From Balanoglossus misakiensis (lineage: Eukaryota; Animalia; Hemichordata): a stretch of DNA of 64,000 nt. The notes under the pieces were generated by a model. It did no database searches and had not been told where the DNA came from. It saw only the letters and a list, made by a program, of their open reading frames with translations. The stretch covers positions 15,732,998-15,796,997 of the forward strand of contig CM082578.2 of the NCBI GenBank assembly GCA_040954595.2. Reading direction: 5' to 3'. The position numbers and the translations under genes are program-made. Every line of letters begins with the position of its first letter. The first letter of the stretch is position 1. Shown here in pieces: positions 50,901-64,000 of this stretch.

Positions 50901-53900
50901 AACATTTAAATCTTAATATTCTTAAATCTTTCAGTTGAGTGCATCTGTATATAATCTCATGTTGGTGAAAAACATAGAATTTTCTGTTCAAATTCTAGTG
51001 TGTAGGTGTAACAATCTTGCAAGGAATAATCTCTCTCCTGGGGCCAATCAAGAACTGCATGTACATTGCCTTGACATTATAGTGTGCAGCTGGTCTAGAC
51101 ATTGCTTACGAAAATGATTTGTCTATAAAAATCACACTGCATGGTTAAATATATCTGTTTTGTTTTTTCCTATTGAGCCCTTGCGTTGCAAAACCATAAA
51201 TTTTCATCTGCTAACAGTGAGAATAAATCACAAAAGGTTGTATAAGATCACACGCACACCAAACCTATTATATCAACAGAGAAGAATTTCCCCAGCCTGT
51301 TATTAAAATCACCTAATGATGATGCATGTCGCACTGAAGTTTCCTTGAAGCTCGAGCTGTAAATTACCTAGTAATTCTTGGTGCGTGATAACGATGTCAA
51401 CTCTAAATTAGTTATTTCAATTCATGGAATACTAATATGCAAATAATATTAGATGCTGTATTGTTCGTAAATTGGACTCTCTGATTTGTATGGTGTGCGT
51501 ACTTGTCTTGATGCGATAGAAACTGCACGTTCCTCAGAGGTTTATATTATTATGCTGAAGATAATATGAAAAAGATCAGGTCCTGATTCTACAACTGAAT
51601 TAAAACAATTTAATATTTCTGTGATGTGACTGAATAGTTGATTTTAGAAGGATAACTAAGCTGTGTGAATTTCATAATGAAAACAAGTTCATATCTACTG
51701 TACACGTACGTCAAATAGTGGTTTAGTTTACAGCAATTTCATTAGGACCTGATCCTCTCTGACGATTAGATCTGCCAGTGTCCACACTACTCCATGTCAA
51801 GTCACATGCCTGACAAAATGCATTAAGTCAGCTGACCCAGTACGACCTTCATTTGTGTAGATATGGAACAACTTGCTTCAATGTGTAACTGGTAATGGGA
51901 GGGCAATATAATCTAATTGCTTATTTCAAATTTTACCAACTCTGTACGAAAAAAAGTTATGATTTAAATCTTTCATTGTCTGACCATGGATGTGCTATTT
52001 ATGAGTACATCGATCGTCCCATATCTTTATCAATCATCACACAAGATAAGGTTGATTAAGGGGAGGTTGGGGAGGGGATCAAATGATGCTCCATTGTGCA
52101 TTGATTTCTCGACTGACCACATAACACATAAAATATGATACGTCATACAATTCTTTTTGTGTAAGTAATCCATTCTGAAAGTCGTGATTGTTGGAAAATG
52201 GAAAGATTGATTGGATATACTGAGAGGTAAAAAGTGGATTTCAGGAAATTTAGGAAAATTGTCATATAGTTACACCCACTCAATGAAAATGATATGCCAC
52301 GGTTGTTCTAGCTGTTGCTGGAGGGTCTGTGCATGCAGTTTGATACTTTGATAAAAGCGTGTTGATAGATTGATGCCATACCCAGTCTGTCACAGGCATT
52401 GCATATCAAAATCCAAGGACAACATCATCTTGAAGTTGAACTATTTACAACTTATGAAGCTGCAAAGTTCTCACTTTGAAATTTCAGTAAAAATAGAATC
52501 TACATCATCAGTACATCGACTGCAAGATACCGTAGATAGTGAATTAGCCAAAAGAGAACAAAACAACAACAGAAATCGTTTCACCAAAATGCCATAAGTT
52601 GAGCTACAGCAGATTTTTCTGATGTCTGTTGTCCAATATTTCTCAGACGACAAAATTCAAGCTTTTAAAATCATTGCCTGGATTTGACAAGATTGATGTC
52701 TGGGAATAATGGGACGCTTTTAACATTCCACAGTCTGATGATATTGAGCCGCTTCGCAACTACATGTATGCAAAATCATTAATTAAGGTGACGATCGAAA
52801 CAACAGACAAACGGTGCAACTCTCAACCACAGCTGCGGTTTTCTCATCGCTGTCTCTCTCTATATAATTCTTGCAGGATTTATTTCAACAAATGGAAAAA
52901 CTGACTGATGTTGAAGGTTTCAAACACATGAACACCACCAGAGGTCATTAAAAAGCAACATGCAACAAATTTCACACTTTAACAGCCATGACTTTTGTAT
53001 CATAAAATTTGATTTTGTGGAATGTTGCCAGACTCCATCGCCGCCAACAGCAATCTTCCAGACATCAGACAAATAAGACCCTTAACTGACACAACAAATA
53101 AAGAAAGTCTTCTATTTGTATAGTGATTAGCCCTCATGGTATATACCATGTTCACACTGGGTAAAATTGGAAACGTTTCAGAGACACTTTTTGCCATTTG
53201 TAAACACAGGATTAATCCTCTGAGTCGCTTTGAGTCCACACACACAAAGTTCATGCATAGACCCTTAGCTGACGCTCGGACTCCTACAGACATTTCATGC
53301 CAGTATTTGAGTTGAGACCGTTACAGATGTATCGCTGCAGGTGAACAGAAATTCAGTCACTGTACCATGCATGCATGCTTCATATCATGAATTGGCTTGT
53401 TCAGTGACTCACTCTACCATCTTGTTTGTGTTAGCATAAAAAATCTCAGAAACTCAAGAATGCATTGTGTACATATCCTGCAGGGATTGTAGGAAACACC
53501 TCTGCATGTCAATTACATCCATCACCTTGGTAACCAATCATACTGTATCACTTACAACAGCAAACATTGACTGAGTATCTAAAACAAACATTCATTTTAA
53601 ATCCCAGACTTGAGCTAAGTCTAATTATATGTAAAATATTGTGCCAAATCTCTTGAAAACAGCCAGTGTACATCTGATTAGGACTATCCAGCTGTATTCT
53701 GGTTGTTTGTTGTACTCCACAGCCTTAAATGTAGAATCTTTTTGAACAATGAAATAGACATTTGAAAATGCGCCCCAATGAAAGAGATTTTGATTGGGAA
53801 AATCAGTATTTCGAATTCAGTGTCAAGGACACTTGAGGGCATAGAAAAAAGCTGCTGAACAAAGTCACTTAAATGTCATTTTATTTCATACCATATCATT

Positions 53901-55857
53901 TCCTTATAGGTATAGTTATTGTTATATGAAATCAATTATTTTCTTGGAGTCATCATTTTACATAATTGGTGATATCTAAATCTCTATAATTCCCATAAGT
54001 ATCATGCATTTCCCCCTTTGTAGTAATCTTTATTATTGGCCAGTAATTGCATGGTACTAATGATGGTTACAAAACGATTGTAATAAAACACCAAGGTTTA
54101 AATGTTCTCCTGCGTTCATTCCCGTAATCATTTGTTATACATACCCTACATGTACCTATCAAATCTGACACTTCCTTTATACCTTTACAGCAATTCATGA
54201 TGAGCCCTGTGTGGTTTCTAATGGTTATCCAGCAAATACACGAAAGGTTTTAATGGGAGATTTCGTACTTGCAAAAATTGCATTGCTGATCGAGCTTGAA
54301 CAAGCAATTGGACTTCCTCCCTTGTGAAGACATGACAACCTTCAATCTATCTTGTCCTTTCTTGGTTTTGCCAAACAGACAATTTGGCAGAGTTTAAAGG
54401 CAGGAAACCTACACTTTAGAGATGCGACTAATTTTTGAAGTTCAAGGGTAACATTTTCATGGCTATTACTACGAAGCTTCGCCAATGAAAATTGAAAGAT
54501 TTCAACTCAAAGCAGTAAAACACAGCTCTAGTATTTGTGTTGAAAATTTGTAAATGTGATCGATATTCGAAAGATCTGCAGTCAAGCCACTAGAATTTAA
54601 TATTCAATGCAAAAATCATCTCAGACAAATGATCCAAGGAGGTGCCAGTGGTGGTTGTCATGGTAACTCATACCACAGTAAGTTGATTACCCGTACTTGA
54701 GCGTTTAGTTTTGCCGACTTAAACCCTTTTCAAGTGTGCAGGTAAAATGGGAAAGACATAGATTTGTTGATTACATCTGTTACCGCATTGCACTACAAAC
54801 ATCTCGTGACATATTATGGTGAATTTAGAAAAAAGAATTCACTACAGTGCACAGCAATTATAGTGCTTTAGGTTTGTAAATTTGTTCCTATTAAAATTGA
54901 CCATGTTAGTTGTAAACATTAATTGACTTCGGCAAAACATCTACAGGCAAAAACAACAAATCAAACAGCAAGATGTCTGGAGACCAGTTTATTAAATTAC
55001 CAGTGAAAACTGATTACTGCTGAGAAGAGAGAAGCTCAGTACACAATAAATAGGTTTCCCGACATCATGCAGTTTGATTTGTTGCGTTTTGCCTTAGATG
55101 CTGTGCCAATTACTAACTTTATGTTTACAACTAATATCACTAAATTTTGCAAGCCTATTTTAGTATTAAAGTATTAAGCATTAACATATTGCTGGGTAAC
55201 TGTTTTCAAAATTATTTTCTAAAGTCTCCGTAACTTAATTGGTATAGTACTTCCCTCATCTCAGTTGGTGTTCTATGATGATTGAGGAAATGTTTATCTT
55301 CAACAAAATTGTATGAAACTTATCATACCGTGTGATAATACAAGCTGTTAACGGGGGCGTCGGTTTATCTTCCTTCCATTGAATATTTCAATTTAGCCGA
55401 GAAGGTAGCGGACTGATGTAAAAAACATCTGCCGCTTAGAGTTGTGAATAGCGGCATTGAAATCTCACTGATAAGAGGCATGTACCGAGTGCTGGATTCG
55501 CGTTCTCTCATTTACGGCTAACAACCCGGAATTCTCATTATCTCAGCTTCAGTGCCGAAAGGCAATATCAAACGATGAAACCACAGCTGTTGGACTTTGT
55601 TAAAAAGAGCAAATCTTTGGTATGTGATCGCCCATCAAACGCTGCAACTGTTAGGGGTTGTTAGGAATACAGATTGAGGTAAAAGTGATAAAAATCTGCT
55701 AACATGAACTGCACACTGTCTATAGCTCAATTTATTTGATCCCTTGCAATCTCATCTCTATTTTTCAGAAGTGCCTTACAACCACCGTACAGATTGGTAA
55801 AACATGTCCCTCATCAATATGGCAAAGTAGTCTCAATAATATATCCTCTCTAAAATA

Positions 55858-55941
55858 TTAACTCTTTCACACCCATTTTCCTGATAAAAGGTCCAAATTT
55901 ACAGTGGGCTGGACCAAAACTAAAGTGGAGAAATTGGTTAA
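55858..55941. mobile_element. Degenerate copy of a TTAA-flanked ~85-bp MITE
   Basis: TTAA at both ends; CTCTTTCAC..AGGTCCAAATTTAC..TGGACCAAA..GTGGAGAAATTGG is colinear with the 60720 copy. Confidence 0.6.
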
Positions 55942-58900
55942 AGCACAAATTATCAGTCATAGTTATTCATATGCTATATTCTGAATGGGAGAAGTTTAGT
56001 TGTCTGAAGTCTCAGAGAATGAAAACTATTTTTGAACTGAAGTTATTCAGGATTAGAATCATTTAATCTGTTTCCTCCTCCAGTTGAAGGTAGAACCTGT
56101 CCAAGTAAGAATAATGTCTAAGTACCGATGAAGGTCAAAGGTTAGATATCTTATCATCCTGGCAGTGACATACTAGAAGATAATGTGATTTTGTAAATTC
56201 CAACCTGACATCACCAGTGATTGATGTTTTGACTTGTCTCTGATCAACTTTATATCAAAACACAATTTTGAACATTTCTACATTGTTAATGTTGTGTGAC
56301 ATGTCAATATTAAAGTGAATGAATAATTGTAGCAATGGGATTGACTGAATACTGAAATTTAATTCGTCGATCCACCTGGAAAAAGGCAACTTTCTAAAGT
56401 TAGCCGTCAGAGGCATAGAAGTAATACCTGGAAGGCCAGACATGTTTATTATTTTCAGCCCTGGTAAAGAACTGTAAAATTGCAAATCCCTGTAAGAATT
56501 TATTGTAAGAATAATAGCCTAGGCTAGAGGCTGTTCAATGATGATTTTATTTTTCCTTTTCTGTTTATTATCCTGAATATCGCCATCTCATTCTTAAACA
56601 CTTGCCCGTTTTTGCACAATTAGTAAGAATCAATTATCCATAACTGTGGGTAACTATAGTAACAGAGTTGATCTAATCCACATCGATAAACCAGTACAAT
56701 GCTCTAAAAATTAATAGCTTGTTTGTCGGCAACGCAGTCAAATAAAATGAAGGAGTGAAGGAGTTTACAGTGTGATAAGCATTCGACTATATGACTTTTA
56801 AGACATAACCATGGAAGCATGCAGAGTTTGCCAGGAAATTTGATTTCCGTGCATCGGATATGACATGCTAGCTGCTTGAACTGATTGGCACTACTCTGGA
56901 AATCATCTGCAAATAAGGACACATTACTGTCAGGGTGCAGAGTCATTTAACGCACCTGGTCTGTTAATTTCCTATGCTGTGATTGGTCAAATCAAAATCA
57001 CATGGTGTGCAACATTTTAGCGCTGATCCCTGCAAGGAACATATCATATTTTAAACCCATGGGTAGACAATAAATTCCACGAAATATGTTACAAAACACA
57101 AACTGAAGGACAAATTTGGATAACAGCATTGACGTCTGTCTTATTAACAATCTCCCCTCAGGACTGTCAGTAATACCTCAAAATGGTTTGTTGGAATCCA
57201 TGGGGACAAAAAAAAATATATCTCTGGGTAAAAATATTGACAATACAACACATCTCTAGCAAATGAGAATAATCTCATTAGCGCTATTATTGCTATTAAA
57301 AGATGCAAGAATTTTTTTATTGAAAATTACTCATTAAAATTCATAGGGGAAACAATTAAGTACACATGTATGTATAAATATAATCGCACTAAAACTTGTT
57401 TGTGTGTCATTCATTATGGCAGATGAATGTTTCTATTTCAGTGAGCATGATGATTGCGGCACACAAGAGTGACCCAGGAAAGTACAGCTCATCCAACATT
57501 AAGAATGTCTAATTTCCCATTTTCATATAGTTAGTGAAATTGTGCAATTTGTCGATAGGTGGCATTGCAATTTCCATTAGTCTTGCTCGAGCTGTTTGGT
57601 TCAATGGTGCATATTTTGAGAAGAAAAGACTCTGGACAAATTGTTTTGATTTTCTCTTCAATAATGATTTGTATAACCTATCTACTTCAAAATAATAAAT
57701 TACAAATCTGAAACTAACAATGCAATCCCACCTCAGATATTAGACAGTTTATATTTCCTTTTATTGTGTGAGAAATGTCATTTTTATAATAAAAGTTATG
57801 ATAGCTCTCATGATTAGGATTGAACCATTTGAAATATGCAATAAAAGCAGCTCATAGTCAGCAATGATCGGATGAGGATGATAATGACACTTGGGCCAGA
57901 GTAAGAGTAATACATGTTAACATGAAGCTATATGCTCCGACTGATGGTGGCTTGATGCATTATCCACAAACGGTGTGAAACAAGTTGTTCAACACATGCC
58001 CTAAGAAAACTGCCACCATTTAATGTGTGCTGCAAATTGTTTTATTCATTTGCGGTCGGGTAAAATTGTCAATTACTCGATGTCAGTTTCAGTGGGATGA
58101 TGAGAATGAGGTCTGAGAACGGACACATGACGAAGTCTACCTTTGTGAGCACAATACATTAGAGTTCCATATACGTCGGAAATGATTTGCATTAATTTTT
58201 GACACTGCTAATCTTATTTGATGCCAACATTTTGCTGTCAGTTCCCTCGCTTCTTGTAAAAAGCCACGGGATAAATTCAATCTATCCCATCATGACGTGT
58301 GCCGATGTCACATTTTGCAAAACAAAGTGTCATCTGAAGAAATAACCATCACTAATGGTTCAAAAGGAAAGTGACATAAATTTTGGTGAACACCTCTCCA
58401 TTCTATGCATCATTCGCAACTTATTTGTGAACGTTATTGAGCGTGCCGCTTTCCTTTCGCACATCAGCGTGGCTCCACGAATCCGACAGAGTCGTTTTTT
58501 ACTCTGACACTCTGCTTCTACGCATTGTGATCAGGTCAGCTCTTCCCGGTTCTGTTTAACCATTAGCTGACGCTGAATAAAGCAAACTGAAAAACTAGAA
58601 ATACAAATAGAGTGTATTGTGCGTGAATGAAATGCCTATTTTAAATTCACAGATAGGGAGCTTATAGATGATACTGAACACACAGCCATGCTTATAGTTA
58701 GTTGAAGCATATACGCTGACAATACATCAAACACATTGATTAGATGACAGATTCATACACAGCCAATGTGCACATTCTCTAGTTGATTTACGTCAACTCT
58801 AACAGGCCATACAAATTAAAATCACAGATTTACAATCCTCCCAGAGCAGAAAACTAGACAATACAAGAATTTTGTTCGTAATTCATCTGAATCAATTGCT

Positions 58901-60719
58901 AACCAATATTTAGCTTAAAACAAAGGACCGCCAGGGATTCTCCAGTTGTCAAGACAACTATATCTATGAATATTAGCGGTATATGTATCAGATACCAGCA
59001 AATTGACGATATGTCCACATAATTGAATATCCCCCACAATTTAATTAAGATTTTTGACTGAAGTTTCCTGAGCAGAATTTTAAGGCCAATTATTAAGTCA
59101 AAGTTGTTTTTCTTTTCAATGATAAAATGACTTTTAACAGTACATACAGCATATTAGAATGTGTCAATGTATATGTAGATTTGCAAAAAGTGTTTACTTT
59201 GTGTGTGAGCTACTGCAGCTTCCACTATTGTTTATTCTCACCATACTGTCGCCTGTATTGAATGATTTAAAAGAATCCTGCAGATATGCTATATATTGAA
59301 TGCCTAGCATGTCTTTGTGGACATTGAAAAATTATAGCACAACATTTTATTTTGGGAGTATCTTTATGAGTCAACATATGTTACCAGTATGTCTTCAGGG
59401 ATTTAGACACAAGTCCCTTCATCAAGGAAAGGGTTGTTGAAGTGTAAATTTCAAATTCAATAGTTTAAGTTTTCCATTTTGACATTTTGGAAAAATTGTC
59501 AAATTGTCAGATATTGCCATCAGCCATTGCGGCTAATGATCACTATTTGCACAGGGGAAATTATTTATCACCTTCCTTAACATGCTGAGAGCTAGTGTGT
59601 GAAAACCAATGTGTATGCATGAAAAAATCATCATGTACCCAGGCTGTTTTGTGGCTTTGTTGGATTGTGTCACTAAAAAGTGCATGTACATGTACCGGTA
59701 ACTCGCAGAATTTTGTCCTTGTATGCCTTAGAGTGAAATCCAGATGGATGGACAGAGAGCGTAATGTAAGTGCCCCCACCCCCACCCCCTCCCCCTCCCC
59801 AAACCCTGATTACATGTGTATCTGCAGGGACTTCTAAACATACCACTTTAGGACCAACTGATAGGAATACAACAGACAAGGCAAGCAAGACAGAGGCAAA
59901 TGAGCCAAATTATAACATGGTCAGATTTTGACTGTTGGAGACTAATTAAGGCAGGTATTGTTCACAGTCATGCTGAACAACAGCAAAATTCTAATGATCG
60001 AGGCAATCATTTCTCAGGGGGATAAAAAGTCATTTTTCTTATCTTACTGTAACCATGGTAATATAATTAAACAACGCTGGATGACCAATGGCACTTGGAG
60101 TTAAAACATCTATGATGAAGACGTGCACGATCCATTGTCAATCTTTTAACTATGATCATTGGATAGAGTGTACTTTTCACACACGCATGTCATAATAGCT
60201 TGCTCCTGTCTTGCGACGTTTTTCATCTCTCACAGTTCTGTGTTTTTCATTATTTATGCAATCACATGATTAAACATGCTTGATTGCTTCAGGCTTGTTC
60301 TCATTTCTACCCTTAAGCTGGCAGTGAAAATGTCATGAAGAGATGCTATACACTGTCATGGAAATAGAAATCACTGATACTTCAGGGTCCATTATAAAAA
60401 TAATCATTATTTTCAAGTTTAATAACATACTTTAACTTAGAATCATCAATTGATATAAATTCTCACAAAAGCGCCCATTTAAAAAAAACGTTTATGGAAA
60501 ATAAAAACATGACAAGGTAATGAGCATGCAATTGTGCTGAGTGGATCAGATGCATTTGTGAAATTAATAAGGTGGCCATCAAATCCAATTGAAAGCAACA
60601 GCGAGGCTGATAAAACTATAAGTGCAAACTTACACAGTTGATTGAGTTTGGCCAATTGTAAATATCCTGTATTGTGTCTAACCTTTTCCTGTATTCATCT
60701 ATCACATACCCACCAATAC

Positions 60720-60811
60720 TTAACCCTTCCACCCCTATTTCCCTTTGTAGAGGTCCAACTTTACCATAGAAAACAATGGATTTGGACCAAACCAAGATGG
60801 TGGAAGGGTAA
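60720..60811. mobile_element. TTAA-flanked piggyBac-like MITE (~85 bp)
   Basis: TTAA + perfect 10-bp TIR CCCTTCCACC (60724-60733) / GGTGGAAGGG (60799-60808) + TAA; internal inverted repeat GGTCCAA/TTGGACC. Confidence 0.7.
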
Positions 60812-62551
60812 TAAATTGATTTATCTCTGACAAGTCCACTTAATACACACCACACCAGTGAGTTAGCCTAAACCTTGGGGCATTTGACATGGATCTCGTA
60901 TATTAAATTATGAAATTTGAGGAAATTTGGTGCCCAGTTGTAGGATATGGGCATTTTTGCTTTAACATTTGCATATCCGTGATGTCACTGACCACTGACG
61001 TGTAACACTGTTCTGTTCAAATTGTATTTTTATACATAAATGATCATTCAAAGAAAATCAACACCACTTTGAATTTTCATTGATTTTTGAAAATTCTCCT
61101 AGGTAACCATTGCCTAGAATTGCATCCTTCGGTATCACGTTTATGAAATGATACACCCACAATTCAGAAACCCCAGTCGATCAGTGATGACATATTTAAA
61201 TTTATTTCACAGGGCTACAAAAATTCAATAGCGGCTTTAGCCCATGGCTCTGACTCAAACAAGATATCAAAGACTTGCAACAAGACTGCAACATATTCTA
61301 AAAGAGACAATTTTGCTGATAACTTGTTTTTGTAACTGCCCCTGACAAGTCTGAGCGAATCTGTTTGGTGATGGTCAGATGAAGATCATCCAAGCCTTGC
61401 CCAAGATCCACCTTCAGGCGCAATAGTTTTGCCAAGAATAGAAGTACATATCTGGACTTCAATCGTGACATCAGTTTCCTTCGAGAATGATGCATTTCCG
61501 GTATTCCACTATGCAGTGACAAATTCAGGCCAAAAGAAGATTAATTTGCTGAAGAATTTTAATTCCAAAATGTTATCTTAATACCATGATTACAAACTAA
61601 AATACTTTACAAATGTTAATTTCAAACCTGATTCAATTAACAAATCATTTCTGTCTCTTCATTTGTGTCAAGGACCTGTCATCATGAAGAGACCGTCCTA
61701 TGTGGTACTCTATTTAGACAAATAAAATATAGTACATGTACATTCATTCAGAGGTACCACTGACCTTCATAAACATGATCTATGTCTGTTATTTACGAGA
61801 GCCTGTAATAACATTCACATTTTCATAGATACTGTTGAGATTAATACAAACCACACTCATATCAAATTTACCCTGTTAGTAGTAGTATGACTTTGTTAGT
61901 TCTCAGCCAACTTTTGAGTTCTGCTATGTAGAAGTTCACCATGCAATTGGCAGAGGTCAAGAATTGTTATGATGTATGAACAGCTTTGTCTGCAAATGAA
62001 AATTGACTGCAAAATGACAGTTTTACTGAGTTGTCTTGAGATATTGGCTGAGGTGAACATAAAATAAACTAATACTGGCTGTTTCATCTTCGATAGTAAA
62101 TCGGGATGGCTCGGGATTTAGTTTGTTATTTTAATACATTGTTAACGATAAATCAAGCCATATCTGAATGCTTGACTCGCGTCACTTGTCATTTTGAATA
62201 CTGTGTTTTAAACAAAAGACTCATTCATATTTGAATTCTTGATATGCATCAGCAATGATCAGCATTTTTTGATAAAATAAATCACGCATCCTCTTTGATT
62301 GAACTCATTACAACAGGCAGCAGATAATTTGGTTTGGATTATTAAAAATATTATTGTCAATCTGTTAGCAGTCCATCAAAGAATCAGTCAACACCGCAGT
62401 TCTTGGCTTCATTTATGATAGCAGTTTCCATAGCGACAGTATTCCCCAGTCTCCCAGAGAGACAATTACTGGAAAATCAATTATGCAGCACCACATATCG
62501 CCAATGCAGTCATAATCACTGCATCCAAGGGTGATGATGAATGGTCATCTT

Positions 62552-63178
62552 CTAAACGGGCAGATCATCAGTTTTGGCACAAAATTCTGGTAAGCTGTTG
62601 TATCGGCTTTTTGGTTGAGGATGTGAAAACTCGGGTAAACTCATCACCCGTCTGGTTTCCACCATTTCTGTATCGTCGGAGCGCGAGTCCTCATCACTTC
62701 CACTACCAAAGGGATAAACTCTGGTGTGCAAAGCAGGCTTGAGCTTAGTAAGACTAGCAGTTCTTTTCAGGACCCACTCGCCGACACTCTCTTCCTTGGG
62801 ACGTTCTTGTAATACTTGTTGTATAACCGATTTGAATAAAAGAGGGATTTCCTTCACTTGTGGTTCTCTCTCAATCACTTCTCGGAACCTCGTTATTACC
62901 TTCCCGCTTTCCGGGGGTCTTACTTTCGTACAAAGTTCTTCAATCTCCAATCTTTGTATCTGTGGCATTTCAAAAGTCTTCGGCGGTGTGCTGATCAGCC
63001 AGCTGTAATCGACGCTTGTCCGCTTCAGTTTATCCTCATGGTCTTTTTCTCTCGCAAGGCGTTCGCTCTCTCGAATTTGAGTATCCAATTCCAGCAGAAG
63101 CGATTCAGCGACGACTGCGCTCTCGCATTTCTCGGGAGGACGATAATCGCTACCTCGAAACCAAGACATCAGTGGCAT
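62552..63178 (-). CDS. RD3: RD3 / RD3-like protein (retinal degeneration 3 family, membrane guanylyl cyclase regulator), 208 aa, single coding exon
   Basis: MPLMSWFR..VVAESLLLELDTQIRESER..VDYSWLISTP..RLEIEELCTKVRP..ITRFREVIEREPQVKEIPLLFKSVIQQVL..SLPEF parallels vertebrate RD3/RD3L (MSLISWLR, LMMEL, GVDYSWL, SMPEF). The true ATG is at 63178, not the track TTG at 63388. Candidate 5'UTR acceptor TTCCTTCAG at 63296/63295. Confidence 0.9.
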   Translation of the reverse strand: MPLMSWFRGSDYRPPEKCESAVVAESLLLELDTQIRESERLAREKDHEDKLKRTSVDYSWLISTPPKTFEMPQIQRLEIEELCTKVRPPESGKVITRFREVIEREPQVKEIPLLFKSVIQQVLQERPKEESVGEWVLKRTASLTKLKPALHTRVYPFGSGSDEDSRSDDTEMVETRRVMSLPEFSHPQPKSRYNSLPEFCAKTDDLPV

Positions 63179-64000
63179 CTTCCCTCCAAGATCGTAGACG
63201 CCCTTTGATGATAGGGTGCTGCCAAAGCCTTCGTCAGCTCCAAGCCTTATGTACTGGATTGTGGCTTCTTGTCGGTCCAGCTTTGTTCTGTTCACTGAAG
63301 GAACGGCAAAACAACGACGAAAGGCAGCGAAGCTAGATGTACTGTGAAATACGTGGAATACTTCTAGTGCTAACGTTCCAAATGACAAAAGGATACGTCC
63401 TACACAGTCATGTCAGGTCATCGCTGCGACTGAGAGATTCAATCAGAATATTGTCCGGGTTTCTGGTAACAAACCAGTCTTGATGTTCGACTTTAAACGG
63501 ACCATACACCGTCGTGATCAGTATAAACGCTGTCCAACAGTGATGATGACGCGACGCCGTGGTCGACCGGTCTGTATTATTTGCCGGAGCAATCGGATAA
63601 CAAATGAAGTGTCATTCGATCAAGAAATCGCAGTGAGATGTTTAGTTCGCTACCGTTACCAGAGTCTCCGTTCGCTTGCTAGCCTATCACACCATATTAC
63701 CAAACAGATCATTGTGCGTGAAACTTATCATCTGAGATCACAAGGCGCTGTTCCGCTCCCTTATGCGGGAGATCACACGCACAGCCGACGCCGATAATGA
63801 TTGAGTAAGTGATTGAGTGCAACAAACGTTCACTGTGTATGAGGGCAGTACACAAAATACATTATGCAAATTATATGCTACATAAACATGTTAATATCAT
63901 GTTCATAGCAAAACAAAGTGCGGCGCGGCGGAGACAAATTTTGGGTTCTTGAAATGTTACGGATAAAGAAATATATTCTTATGAAATAAAGAAAACACAA

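Noticed and set aside
56255-56485. LRR-like peptide LPGLKIINMSGLPGITS on - strand
   Set aside because: Single isolated repeat, no flanking LRR exons; likely coincidence.
63179-63388. 70-aa N-terminal extension of the RD3 ORF
   Set aside because: TTG start; RD3 similarity starts at MPLMSWF; the extension contains a probable splice acceptor at ~63295.

Overview
Eukaryotic, AT-rich animal genomic DNA with GT-AG spliceosomal introns. Protein content suggests an invertebrate deuterostome, possibly a hemichordate (inference). Four protein-coding genes are supported. (1) A 1615-aa PRRT3/PRRT4-like multipass membrane protein with a large mucin/Pro-Glu ectodomain (-, 851-5698, single coding exon). 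(2) Spindly/SPDL1 (+, 10 coding exons, 7955-14809, ~627 aa), head-to-head with it across a shared CpG-rich promoter. (3) An ELK/TCF-class ETS factor (+, ~23.65-40.7 kb) with a distal promoter, a 72-nt cassette exon and a second TATA-driven proximal promoter. (4) An RD3/RD3L-like gene (-, 62552-63178). The most notable non-obvious signals are a contiguous stop/start relay of four uORFs in the PRRT leader; CArG, ETS, CRE, MEF2 and AP-1 motif enrichment around an ELK protein that seems to lack the SRF-binding B-box; an RFX X-box/GATA/nuclear-receptor motif cluster in the ~21-kb ELK-RD3 interval; and several MITE-like elements. No rRNA, tRNA or CRISPR was seen. Splice models and motifs were read by eye and have no transcript support.
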